From: Eledone cirrhosa
Lineage: Eukaryota
DNA length: 64,000 nucleotides
Reading direction: 5' to 3'
Assembly: GCA_964016885.1 (NCBI GenBank)
Contig: OZ024754.1
Location: 17,608,001-17,672,000 of the forward strand
Part shown: piece by piece, positions 51,203 through 64,000 of the stretch
Layout of the letters: the number at the start of each line of letters is the position of its first letter
How positions within the stretch are numbered: position 1 is the first letter of the stretch
The notes under the pieces: generated by a model
What the model was told of the DNA's origin: nothing
Database searches by the model: none
Seen by the model: only the letters and a program-made list of their open reading frames with translations
Made by a program: the position numbers and the translations under genes

Positions 51203-52199
51203 AATTGTTTCTACTTTTGGCACAAGGCTAGCAATTATATCAGTGCATTACTGGTACTTTATTTCATTGACCCCGTAAGGATGAAAGGCAAAGTTAACCT
51301 TGGCAGGATTTGAACTCAGACCATAAAGGGCCGTAACTCTATGCTGCAAAGCATGGTGTCCGACCCTCTACCAATACTGCCAATACCATCGCTCTAGTTG
51401 CGTTTTACTGGCTGGATGCCTTTCCTATCATGAACCACTTTCCACCATGGACTGAGCACATTGTTCGTGCCACCAGCACATGAAAGGTTGTCTTACCAGA
51501 CTTAAGAGTCCTCTCCACCCTGAATCAGTTATTATTTGGAGTGTCTACTCTTCTAGAGGGCTGGCCTTCACTACGGCTTACAGCACCTACGTCAGCCCCA
51601 TGTGTGTATGTTTAGAATAGAGATAATAATGAATAAATATTGTGTACAGTGCTAAGTTGCACTACAACTCATGAAAGGTGCATGTATAGTACATAGAATA
51701 ATTGTTTCGATTTTTGGCACAAGGCCAGCAATTATCCCAGTGCATTTCTGGTACTTTGTTTTATTGACCCCGTAAGGTTCAGCAGGATTTGAACTCAGGC
51801 TGTAAAGGGACGTAACTCTATGCTGCAAAGCATTGCGTCCGACCCTCTACCGATACTGCCAATCCACCAAAGTGAACAGTGTATGAGTCATGATACACAC
51901 ACACACACACACACACACACATGCATGTGTATGGAGGGGGAATATCAAATGTAGTGTTGGCGAATTTTGGGAAACATGCAAGTTTTGAAGGATGCAGTGT
52001 CCCGACAGCTAACAACTGATGAAGGTAGTCTGTTCCATGCTTCAACAACTCTGAGCTAGAAAAAATGTTTCCGAAGATCATGGGAACTGTACTGTTTTCT
52101 GATTATGTAAGCATGTCCACAGGTGTTACACATGTGGAATTCAGAAATGTGCATTTGCATATAGTTCAAACTTAGCCTGTTATAATTAACACCAATATT

Positions 52200-53260
52200 A
52201 TCCATCGTGAGAGGATGAGAGAGATACTTCTAGCCTACAGCTTGCCAAGGGAAACAGTAAATGCCATCATGATGTTATATAAAAACACCCGCGCAATGGT
52301 GCGCTCACCTGATGGAGATACCAACTTCTTTGACATCATTGCAGGAGTACTCCAAGGGGACACTCTTGCACCATATATTTTTATCATCTGCCTCGATTAT
52401 GTATTGAGAAAAGTCCTGGACGAAAACTTAGAGCTTGGTTTCACTCTCACAAAGCGAAAGTGTAGATGCCATGCAGCTCAGAAAATCACCGATGCTGACT
52501 ATGCGGATGATTTAGCGGTCCTCGCTGACTACCTTAAGGATGCAACATCACTACTTCACAGCATCGAATCAGTTGCAAAGGAAATCGGACTCTATGTCAA
52601 TGCAGGCAAAACAGAATATATTTGCCTGAACCAAGACTCCTTAGTTGGTATGCGAAGTCTAAATGACGATATAATCAAGCAAGTTGACGACTTCAAATAC
52701 CTGGGTAGCTATATCACCTCCACAGAACATGATGTTAACATCAGACTGGGAAAAGCCTGGGGAGCATTGAATGCAATGGAAAAGATATGGAAATCAAACC
52801 TGCCAGCCAAACTGTAAAAGGAATTTCTTCAGAGCTGCTGTGGAGTCTGTGCTTGTTTATGGCTCTATCACTTGGACGCTAACGTCGAAACTGGAGATAA
52901 AGCTAGATGGGGCATACACACGTATGCTCGTGCTGCTTTAAACGTGTCTTGGAGGGAACACCCAACAAATAAGGATCTCTATGGCAATATACCACCTATC
53001 AGCAGGTCAATACATGGACAGAGACTCAGATTTGCTGGCCACTGTTGGCACAGCAAGGAAGAAATAGCAGGTGATGTGTTGTTATGGAGTCCATCTCATG
53101 GAGCAAGAAACGCTAGTCGTCCCAAGAAGACATACGTCAAGCAACTTGAGGACGATACTGGATGCACTGCGGAAGAACTGGCAAACGCTATGAGAGACAG
53201 AGATGGATGGAGGAAGCGTCTCGTAGAAAGCCGAGCAAGCTCGACCTGATGATGGTGATG
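52200..53260 (+). mobile_element. RTE-clade LINE fragment of a different family (no PHD insert)
   Basis: GVLQGDTLAPYIF, DADYADD, FKYLGS, RLRFAGHC; TGATGA tail. Confidence 0.85.
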
Positions 53261-54383
53261 AATATTATACAAGGCTTCTCGGAGTTCATGTGTTTTGAAA
53301 TATTTCAGCAAAAAATGTGTTTATGACAACAAAAAGGTATTAGCTTTGATTAACTGGTAGTAGCATCTCCAGCAAATGTTTATCATGCAAAATTCTATAT
53401 AGACTCTAGTCTATTTCCATGCTAGTACTGGTTGAGTGTGTGTCACCGATGAAAGACTAACAAATCTTGAAACAGCATTATCTGGCATTCTTGACTATAC
53501 TGACAACTCTGTGATATATTTTCAGTGGAAGATAGAGAAAAAATATTTTTTTGTTATGTAAAAATATTTTTCTTTAATAGAGAGGCTACGAATATTTTTA
53601 TATAGAACTGCTCAGCAACTGTGTTAAAGTTACAATGTTAAGTTCCTTTTTTGGCTTAAAAACTGTAGAGTCTACAGTGTAGACTTTCATGTGGTACTTT
53701 TGATTAATATTCCCTCAACCAACAGTGTGCCTTATGAAGTTAAGAAAACATAACCATAACCCGAATGTTAAAACAAAAGAGGATGCTGGGGATAAAAACT
53801 GCACTGGTAATCTATTAACAAAAATCGAAAATGTAAACACTGCAACACTTGTCTCAGAGAAAAACATCAGCGTAACCAAACTATGTCTGCACAACTTTAT
53901 TGCCTATATCACCTCTCTGTACGACTGTCTGTCTGCATGCCTCCATCGTCTATCAGCCCGACTGTCTGTCGGTACAACTTTATCGCTTATATCACCTCTC
54001 TGCACGACTGCCTGTCTACACAACTTTATCGCCTATAGCAGTAAAGTCCGGCGTTGCTCGGAGCTACTCAGTAGCTGTGTTAAAGTTACAATGTTAAGTT
54101 CCTTTCACATTCATCTGTAGAACAAACGTAGCCCATGTGTCAAGTTTTGTGAAAATCAGTTGCAAACTCCAGAAGTTATGATGTTTTGTTGCATTGCACT
54201 GCAGTGCTTCAGTCGACTCCAAAGAAGTGGTTAAAGGGGGTTATCTGCTGGGAGGCCCTATAATCAATATCTGGAAAAATGAAAGTGCCCATGACCATCC
54301 GAAGTACATAAGTAACCTATGTCTTAAGTTTGGTGAAAATACTGTAGAAATGCATAAGGTTTACACACACACGCGCACGCGCG

Positions 54384-54416
<33 letters not shown>

Positions 54417-55056
54417 TTGTGTCTGCGCATGTATGTGTATGTCCGTCGGTGCATACGTATGTACTGGCCTAAATCTTCACTATTTACTTTTACTATTTTA
54501 AGGCAAAGTTAAAATCCCGTCGAGGTTAACTTTGCCTTTCAACCATACGGGGTTGATAAAATAAAGTACCAGTAATGTACTGGGTAATTGGTGGCCTTGT
54601 GCCAAAAGTAGAAGCAACTATTTTAAAACCTCTGTCATTTTCGTTTACAATTTTATTTACATCATTCTTAAACTCCGGGGCTGGAAATCATTCGGTTATT
54701 TTAAATAGAATATTAGTCTAACGACTCCATTTAATCCATAAACTTGATCTCGTCTTTGCATGGAATAGTTCTTCTCGGTCCACATAACAACGTATTATCC
54801 TCACTTTTTTTCCGTTCATTACCACAGAATGTCTTCACGAACCAAAATATCATCTTCCTGTTTTCCTTCGGTTGCAACGTTTCTCGAAATATTTAATTCT
54901 GCGTTCACAGATTGAATTTTTTAGTTTAAGAAGATCCCGTTAATGTTGAAAGCAGTGATTCTTTGCTTAAACTTTCTTTCTTTCTCAACCCCTCTCCCTT
55001 TTTTCTCTCTTTCTCTCTCTCTCTTCCTCTACAGAATGGCGAACAATAAAGAACGT

Positions 55057-55124
<68 letters not shown>

Positions 55125-55665
55125 GATTATCTTGTACCTCTCTCTGTATAACAACCTATCTCACTCTCTCTCTCTACATCTCCCTTTCTCTCTGTAGATG
55201 TATATGTATATGTGTGTGTGTGATATATATATATATAGAGTTGCAACATGTATGTAGTTTCATAGATTTGTTAGGGTAGTAGTGAGAGGAATTAAGTGTG
55301 TAAGAGAGAGGGTTACAGCATGTATTTAGTTTTATCGATTTTTTTCATAGAAGCAGGAAATTCTTTAGCAAAGTTTATTACGTGTTGACCATCCTTGGTA
55401 AATTTGGAGCACATTGGAAAAAAAATCATCAAAATCGGTAGAGAAATGTGGAAATGCATAAAAATCATACATACACACAGACAGGCATCTTCCATTTTAT
55501 ATATATAGAGATAGAGATATGTTTAAATATGTTTTCATATACAACCACATTATGCTGAAATGCTGACTTAGTGCTACTGCCAATAAAAAATATATATTTA
55601 TATGTTTAAACCATAAAAAGCAATACATTCCTGTTGGAAATGTTCTATCAATATAATATATTTAC

Positions 55666-55845
55666 CTTCCAAATTTTCTATCTGTTCAATCAATGATTTA
55701 CATTTGATAATCTCTACTTCATAATCACTTTTTATTTTAATTACTTCTTCCTTCGAAGCGTTCACTTCTTCGTCTTTGTCATTGAGACACCTGGTCAGTT
55801 CTTTAATCATTTGATTGTATTCTAATTCACATTTCCCTTTCATCT
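55666..55845 (-). CDS. Coiled-coil repeat exon, 180 nt
   Basis: AAAG|AG ATG ... GAA G|GTAAAT. Confidence 0.85.
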
Positions 55846-56534
55846 CTTTAATTTGTTTGTGAAAATATTCAAATAGAAATGAAATGTTATGTTAGGTTAA
55901 TATTTATTAGATGTCATTATAAATATTTTGTCAATATTGAATGAATAATGATGTCATTCTTGACTTAACTTTAGTAATATTACAACTTATTGATCTAGGA
56001 AGTAATTTAATAATTTGTACCATCTATAATGTTTTATGTTGAGTTAATATAAATTACTTACATCTAGATATATGTATGGTTGAGATAGTTGATGTCTCTT
56101 TTTATGTCTCTCTCTCATATCAAGGTTTTAGAGAAAAAAAACTGAATATCTTTGTATTTCACATGTGTGGTACCTACATTTAAATGAGGTCTGGGAATAT
56201 AGAAATTTGTCTTAATCCAATAATTCTGGTCTTTGGAGGAATGACAACACTCAGAATATATAGGTACATAGAAAAGTTGTGGATCTTTTGTTCAAAAGTA
56301 TCAATAATATCTTAAGCTGAATTTTATGTAAAAAATATGTAGGACATCCACTGTTTGGGTTAAAGTCTAATCAATAGACATCATACTAAACATAGAAGTT
56401 AAACCCTGAGTTAAAACTACATTTTCACATGCCAATCCTCTGGTTAGATTTTCTTCAACTAAACTCTTCTTGGAAAATTTCTTTCAACTGCTTTATATCA
56501 CATTGTAAAGAAATTATGATATCCTTATATTTAC

Positions 56535-56714
56535 CTTCCAATATCTTTATATGTTCCTCCAATGATTCACATTTGATAATCTCTTCTTTATAGCTTTTTT
56601 CTATTTTAATAACTTTTTGGCTGGAAGCCTTTATTAGCTCATCTTTCATGTTGAGATTTCGAGACAGGATTTGCTTCTTTTCAAAGTGTTGCCGTTCAGT
56701 TTGTAGTTTCAGCC
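56535..56714 (-). CDS. Coiled-coil repeat exon, 180 nt (divergent N-half)
   Basis: GAAG|GG CTG AAA CTA ... GAA G|GTAAAT. Confidence 0.8.
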
Positions 56715-57496
56715 CTTCGATTTGTTTTTGAAAATATTAAAAATAAAAATGTGAAATGTTAATTTAAGAATGATTAGATAATATATGAATTCAAAAATAT
56801 ATATATTTTATGAATTATGTCTGCTTTCTTATATGCTACAATGGCTGTAAATAGTTTTCATAAGAAATATCCTTTTGATTTTGAGGGTTCCAGTCCACAA
56901 ATTTTGCTGGGTGTTATTTCATGCAAAAATACAAGTGTTTATGAGTTCAATAAAAAAAAAATAGTTTTGTGGTGAAATGAATTGTTTGAGCTACATCTAA
57001 GTTACAAGAAGAAAAAAATATATACACATAACTCATCCATATATACATACATACCTATATATATATATATATATTTGAAAAAAGAGTAATGTTCTATACA
57101 AAACAGGTTATAGAGAAAAAGTGGAATTGGAAATAGCATGAAAAGTATATTTAAAGGGTCTATTTTTCTTTTTTTCTTTGATTTGTCAAAGTGACATTGA
57201 AAAAGTGAGAGGAACAATTTTCTCAGATCCAGTCTTCTTCTCAACAAGAAAGATGAACAAACTTGTTTCAACACTTAATTTTAAATCTTTAATTTCTAAT
57301 TGTTTTTAATTATAATATTCAACATTTGATAAGATTACACTGATACATCAAAACTGGTTGTATTTTATATATTTTATATACATTATAAAACTCCTTTTTT
57401 TTTTTTTAAATTGTTCCTCTCATTTTTTCAATAATGTCACTTTGACGGTTGATCCTTTAAATATTTTTTTCGTGCTGTTTCCAATTCCACTTTCTT

Positions 57497-57542
<46 letters not shown>

Positions 57543-57823
57543 AAATACAGAGTTATTAACTCATATTGATACCCTGCAATTAAACAAGCTCAAAGTATAA
57601 ATACTGAGCATTGCCGAGGTTGACTTTGCCTTTCATCCTTATGGGGTCGATAAAATAAAGTACCAGTAATGCACTGGGTAATTGCTGGCCTTGTGCCTAA
57701 AGTAGAAACAATTATATAGTAATATATGTATAAATAAACACAGTAAATTTTGTGTCTAAAATTACGAGGGTAGAGAATGCCATTCTTTACCCTCGTTAGA
57801 CACAAAATTTACTGTGTTTATTT

Positions 57824-57895
<72 letters not shown>

Positions 57896-58209
57896 AGGGA
57901 GTGTACAAAGCTCAGGTGCATTACAACTCACCAAAAGTGCATGTATTGTACATAAAATAATGTACAAATATCAGAAAATTGAACAGTGTATGAGTCATGA
58001 TATCCAAGGGTTTAGAGCACTCAGCCCATAGGATGAGTTAAATATAATTAGTTACAACAGTGTCATGTACAGATATTTAAGTGTTGTTGGGTTATACACC
58101 CCAACTCATTCACCCTGTCATAAAAAGATAAATAGCTTCTTTTTATGACAGGGTGAATGAATTGCAATGAAACTTAAGTAGCTGTACATGACACTGTTGT
58201 AATTAATTC

Positions 58210-58410
58210 ATCATCATCATCATCCTTTTATGTCCGCTTTCCCCTGCTTGCAAGGATGGGACAGGTCCTATTCAGCACAGCATCTCTCCACTTGTCACGG
58301 TCCTTTGTCATCTCCTCCATGAGCTTCAGCGATCTGAGGTCTGCTCTCACCACCTCCACCCATGTTTTTTGTGGTCTTCCTCTGCTGTGTCTTCCTTCTA
58401 CTGTCCAAAT
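58210..58410 (-). mobile_element. RTE 3' fragment (related longer copy at 62947-63225)
   Basis: RGRPQKTW...MTKDRDKW; the second copy has RRLRWYGHVMRM. Confidence 0.8.
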
Positions 58411-58802
58411 GGATGTGAGTCTACATGTGAGAACACATATTTGAGAAGCTTTCGATTCTACAGTCAAGAATGAACATAATCGATCATTCCTCGAGCTGAT
58501 CGGCAGTGAAACATATGTAATATGTAATTAAATATGTATATGATGCAACACTGATTCTTTGTTCCCTAATTATTATTATCGATACTCTGCTCTCCAATAG
58601 CATCGAGTGCATATCTTGGCATACCACATGTGAACGCAATCCAATTGCACTTTTACTACTATATATATATATATAGTTACCAAGGCTATAGGAAATATAT
58701 TTTCCATACTCTCAATTACTCACTTATAAAGAAATAGTTTGAACGTAAACACAAGCCAACCATTCTCGGAGTGCAAACAAAATGTATATTTGTAATGTAG
58801 TG

Positions 58803-58837
<35 letters not shown>

Positions 58838-59547
58838 TTATGTTTATATAACTAACAAACAGTTTATCGCTCTACATGGCTGAATACAATAAATGTAATC
58901 TGAGTTTTTCGAATATTAATAATAATATTCGATTCGTTTGCAATTATGCACACAGCCTCTTTTAAGCCATGTCAGTAGAATGACCCTGCCATTCTTGCTC
59001 TTGTTTTGGCATGTAAACAGAACTGCAGACACTAATGTTTCTGGGTGATTACCCTTCATCAGTACAGTATACTGCTTACCTGCCAACTATCAGAACTAGT
59101 GAAAATATGATATTTTCTAAAATATACAGTGACTGATGGGCCTGATTTACATATTAGCTGACTGCGTGATCAGTCAGATCTGCATATTAGCAGATCCACT
59201 GATCAGCCAGATTTTCATATCAGCAGACAGGCCAGTCAGTTTCATGTATACGAGGGATTAATGGCCGGCTTTGCCATATTCAAATAACTAACAAATAGTT
59301 TATCGCTCTACATGGCTGAATACAATAAATGTAATCTGAGTTTTTCGAATATTAATAATAATATTCGATTCATTTGCAATTATGCAAACAGCCTCTTTAA
59401 AGCCATGTCAGTAGAATGACCCTCTGCCATTCTTGCTCTTGTTTTGGCATATATATATACACATACATATTTTTGTTTAGACAATAAAAATCCGAGTACA
59501 ATCCTGTTGAAAATGTTTCCCATGGCATTGTTTTTCTTTATATTTAC

Positions 59548-59718
59548 CTTCCAATATCTTTATCTGTGCTACACATTTTTTAATCTCTTCTTCATAGTCA
59601 GTTTTTAAATGGTTAATTTCCTCCCTCGAAGACTTCACTTCGTCCTCTTTATCACTGAGATGTTGGGTCAGATCTTTCTTTATTTCATTGAATTGAAATT
59701 CCTTTTTTATGTTCACCT
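59548..59718 (-). CDS. Coiled-coil repeat exon, 171 nt (same 3-codon deletion as 47619-47789)
   Basis: AAAG|AG GTG AAC ... GAA G|GTAAAT; KKCVA---QIKILE. Confidence 0.8.
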
Positions 59719-60658
59719 CTTTAATTTGTATTTTGAAAAGATTCAAATAAAAATTAAATGTTACGTTAGCTTATGAAATATTTCTAAAATACTTTATGAA
59801 TTGTGACTGTTTTCTTGTCAAACAGATGAGAAATATTGTCACAAATAAACACACACATATATAAACATACACACACAGGGCAGACGTGGGTGCTATAAGC
59901 CGTAGTGAAGGCCACCCCTCTAGGAGAGTAGACACTCCAAATAATAACTGATACGGGGTGGAGAGGACTCTTAAGTCTGGTAAGACAACCTTTTTTGTTT
60001 GATGACCCTGGCATGAACAGGTGAAACTCCAGAATAACAAGACTCACTATTTAGCCTTAATAAAATGAATAGTTAAACTCTACTTCAGTATTGAGTATTC
60101 TTTACTCTCAGCCATCAACCACATATGGATATATATATATATTTACATGTGTGTGTGTGAAAAGATCAGAGTGTCACTCCAGTTAGAGCTGCTACTTCTC
60201 CAAATTGAGAGATCAGAGTTCCAATACTACAAGCATGTGGTCAGAATGTCTCAAGTTTCACCCCGAGCAAGATGGTTGGATAACATCCATAAGCTTGACT
60301 GGTCTCGCTTGGATTTCCAACCAGACCAGTTGGATTGATTCTGACAGGACCCGCTGGAAGGAATGTTTGAGGGCTCTGCCCCACCCTTGACCCTCTCAGG
60401 AATAAGTGGGTGAAGAAGAAGATAAACATTTCTATTTAATGTTGTATGAATAATGACTTCATTCTAGCTGTAATGATGAATATATAAGATATATGAAGAT
60501 TTTACTGTAATTACTCAATATGTACAGATTATACAGATCACTCATGCAATACGACCTTGAAGTTTTGGGAGTAAGTTGATACATTTTTAAACTATCAAAT
60601 CACCATTTTCTGATTTGACATTGATAGACTTAAAAACAATTTAAAGAATTTCTTAATC

Positions 60659-61027
60659 TTAGAGCAACAGTTCCCAACCTTGGACTAAGTTTATAAGTTT
60701 ATGTATTTTGTTACAAACATAATACACACACATACTATTTATACTTGTTCCTGAAACATTTTTCTTTCTTGGTCCTAGAGCAACAGTTCCCAACCTTAGC
60801 TTCACTGATTTGTGAGTCAACTTGAACTAAGTTTAAAAGTTCAAGTATTTTGTTACAAACATAATACATACATACTATTCTACACTTGCTCCTTTAACAT
60901 TCCTCTTTCAATTGTTATTCTTATGATGTAATAATCAGGGAAAAGTATTATTGCAGAACTGATGGAAAGAGGAAAACATTTAAATAAATGGGATCCTTGG
61001 TAGTGAAAACTTAGGGAACCACTGGCC
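60659..61027. mobile_element. hAT-like MITE with tandemly duplicated left end
   Basis: TAGAGCAACAGTTCCCAACC at 60660 and 60776; TAGGGAACCACTG at the right end. Confidence 0.45.
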
Positions 61028-61597
61028 CACAGGCTCATCTAGCTAGAGTTTATTCCAGTTTCATGAGGCATTCAGATCTAATGGTTAAACAACTTCATTC
61101 TTTTAACCCTTTTGTGAGTGTATTTCTAATGAAATACACTGCCTATATGTTTTAATTAATTTCGAAAATAATCAAACGTTTGGAAGAATTTAATAAAATA
61201 ACAAATATTTTCATTAGTTGGTACCACAAAGACAAAGTATCCAGTCCAACCTGTCAGGTGGTCATTTTGGTGCCTCAATAATAAGTACCCTGTCTGCCCT
61301 GTCAGATGGTCAATTTTTGTTGGATCGCCGGTCTGAAGAGCAGATCGATAATGGAGTTGGAATCATAACTTCTATGGGTGACCCTGAGTCAATCTGCTGT
61401 GAAACACGTGTAACAGGTCAATACACAATAAAAATCTAAATACATGTAAATGAAACTTCATCATTTTTATTAATATATGTATATATATATATATGTGTGT
61501 GTGTGTATACACATATATGTATATGATTAAACCATAAGAAAAGTAGTACATTCCTGTAAGTAATTTTCTATCAATGGTTTTATAATAATATATTTAC

Positions 61598-61777
61598 CTT
61601 CCAATATCTTTATCTGTTTCAATAGTGATTTACATTTGATAATCTCTCCTTCATAGTCATTTTGTATTTTAACCACTTCTTCCTTTGAAGACCTCACTTC
61701 ATCGTCTTTTTCTTTGAGATGCTGGATGAGAAATTTCTTCATCTTATCGTATTCTAACTCACTTTTTACTTTCATCT
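61598..61777 (-). CDS. Coiled-coil repeat exon, 180 nt
   Basis: GAAG|AG ATG AAA GTA ... GAA G|GTAAAT. Confidence 0.85.
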
Positions 61778-64000
61778 CTTCAATTTGATTTTAACAGCAT
61801 TCAAATAAAAAGTGAAATGTTATGTTAGATTAGAAGAGATTAGATATCATGTGGATTGGTAGTATCAGTAGAGGGTCGGACGCCATGCTTTGCAGCAAAG
61901 AGTTACCGCCCTTTATGTCTGAGTTCAAATCCCGCCGAGGTTAACTTTGCCTTTCATCCTTACGGGGTTGATAAAATAAAGTACCAGTAATGCACTGTGT
62001 AATTGTTGGCCTTGTGCCAAAAGTAGAAACAATTATAGATATAGTTCGATTTTAATATCACCTGGGCCTATTGATTCAAAAATTGATAGATTTTGCTTTT
62101 AGAAATCAAATTGTGATTTGGCCTTTGAAACAATTGTAAACAAATAAATATTTTTTCAAGAATTTGGTTGTTTATTCTCCCACTATAATTTTTATATTTG
62201 TAATATTATATGAATTAGAATGTGTTTGTTTCCTTGTCAAACAGATAATGAGAATTATGTCAACACACACACAGTTGCTGTTGTCTTACTATCATAGAGA
62301 TATCAACATTTTGTGCCCTTTGCTTCTTTCCCTTGAAATATGTTATGCCTCGCTCTTAAGGGCTTTCGAGATGACAAAGATATGCCCCAATACAGCAAAA
62401 ATGACATCCCACTGTTAAGACACCAATGCTACATTAATGTAGGATGAAGCTGTATATGTAATAGACTTTGACAGTTTCGACCCCTACCAGTGGTACTGCT
62501 GGTCCACCTGGGGTCACAGTGTCTGACACAAGACAAAACGCTGTCCAATATATATGTATATTGTACTATGACAATTTTTCTTTTCCTGATAAAGTGCAAT
62601 AATCTATGACATAGTGCATATGATTGAGTACAGAATTTTGCAGTGAGCACATGTAGATGGTTATGGTAGAGTAACATATGTTAAGAATGAACCCTCAATA
62701 AATTTCTCTTCCTGCCTAGTTATTCCTGCATATATATATATAAATAACATATGTATATAACAATATATATCTATTGGGAAACAAACTAGTATTTGGTACA
62801 TATATATAGAACAAATATATATGTATAGCAGACTTTAACACCAAGGAGTAAGTATTTAAATTTGTAATTAAATTTACATATTATTTGTTCTATATATATG
62901 CTCAAAATACTAGTTTGTTTCTCAACTGATATATCCTGTTATATATCATCATAATTTTACGCTCGCTTTTCCCTGCTTGCAAGGGTGGGATGGGTCCTAT
63001 TCAGCACAGCATCTCCCCACTTGTCACGGTCCTTCGTCATCTCTACCGTGAGCTTCAGCGAACTGAGGTCTGTTCTCACCACCTCTGTCCATGTTTTTCG
63101 TGGTCTTCCTCTACTGCATCTTCCTTCATCTGGCATTTCTTGGCACTTCTTCACCCATCGGTCATCCTCCATGCGCATCACATGTCCATACCATCGCAGT
63201 CTCCTCTCCCGCACACACTGGCTATAGAACATTACCTCAAAAGCTCCTGTCCAACTACTATATATATATATATATATATTGTATATATATATTGTGTGTA
63301 TATATTGTGTGTATATATATATATATATATAATAGGGTTAAAGTATTGTAGGAGAGGATGAAGCAGAGAGGTACAAAGAGGTGAAATACAGAATATTAAA
63401 TGCCAATAGCCGAAGTGTAGTGTACTCGATGCTTGGGTTAACAGGGTTAAATATTAGAGGAAGTTAATATTTAGTGTATGGTTTAAGCACAGCTGAAATA
63501 AGCAAATGAATTAGTGAATGAAGGAGTTACAAGCTGTTAAAACAATTCTTTATATAGCTCTTACACGCATTTAGCAGAGTGAGTCTAACTCATTAGGTGC
63601 TACACAGTGCCTCAGTGGGAAACCGATGGATGGTTGATAGTGTCTTTAGACACTGCACATTGGTCAACCTATTGCAGGTGGATCAAATTGAGGTGCAATG
63701 CAGAGAGCTGTGGAAATATGATGTTATTCAGGTTCAGGGAACCATCTGTAGAAGGATTGCTGCAGCCGGTGGCCGCAATTGATAACCGTTTTAGCCCAAC
63801 TATTAATGAGTTCCTGGAGTGCTTGTACTATATAGTATAACTCCATTATGCAGAGCTGGCAATTTTTCATGAAATTATATGGGGTTGCTTGGTTAACAAC
63901 TTTCCATTGAGTGGTGTAGCTAATGTTAGAGTTGGTTAATTGAGTAATATAATTAGAGAGGGAGGTAGAGAATCTTAGTTTCCTATTCCTAAATGAGTGG

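Overview
AT-rich, repeat-dense animal genomic DNA. The RTE/CR1/Penelope/SINE content resembles octopus or another cephalopod; this is inferred from recalled repeat families, not from a search. The dominant structure is on the minus strand: 31 dispersed copies of one internal exon, 29 of 180 nt and 2 of 171 nt. All copies are phase 1-1 and free of stops and frameshifts, and each encodes a ~60-aa coiled-coil module (consensus E-MRLKxELEYNEMKKxLTQxLSEKDEEVKSxKEEVIKIQSxYEEEITKCKSLEEQIKILE). 29 copies keep AG/GT splice sites, 2 have lost the donor, one further copy survives as a ~20-nt remnant, and one appears to have been deleted. The array spans the whole window, and no first or last exon is visible. 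It could encode a >1,700-aa rod protein or be a cassette/alternative-exon array; the sequence alone cannot decide between these. The introns are duplicated along with the exons and carry an old in-frame RTE relic, minisatellites derived from it, tandem branch-point pentamers, nested LINEs, SINEs, MITEs and several long hairpins. There is one 200-N assembly gap.
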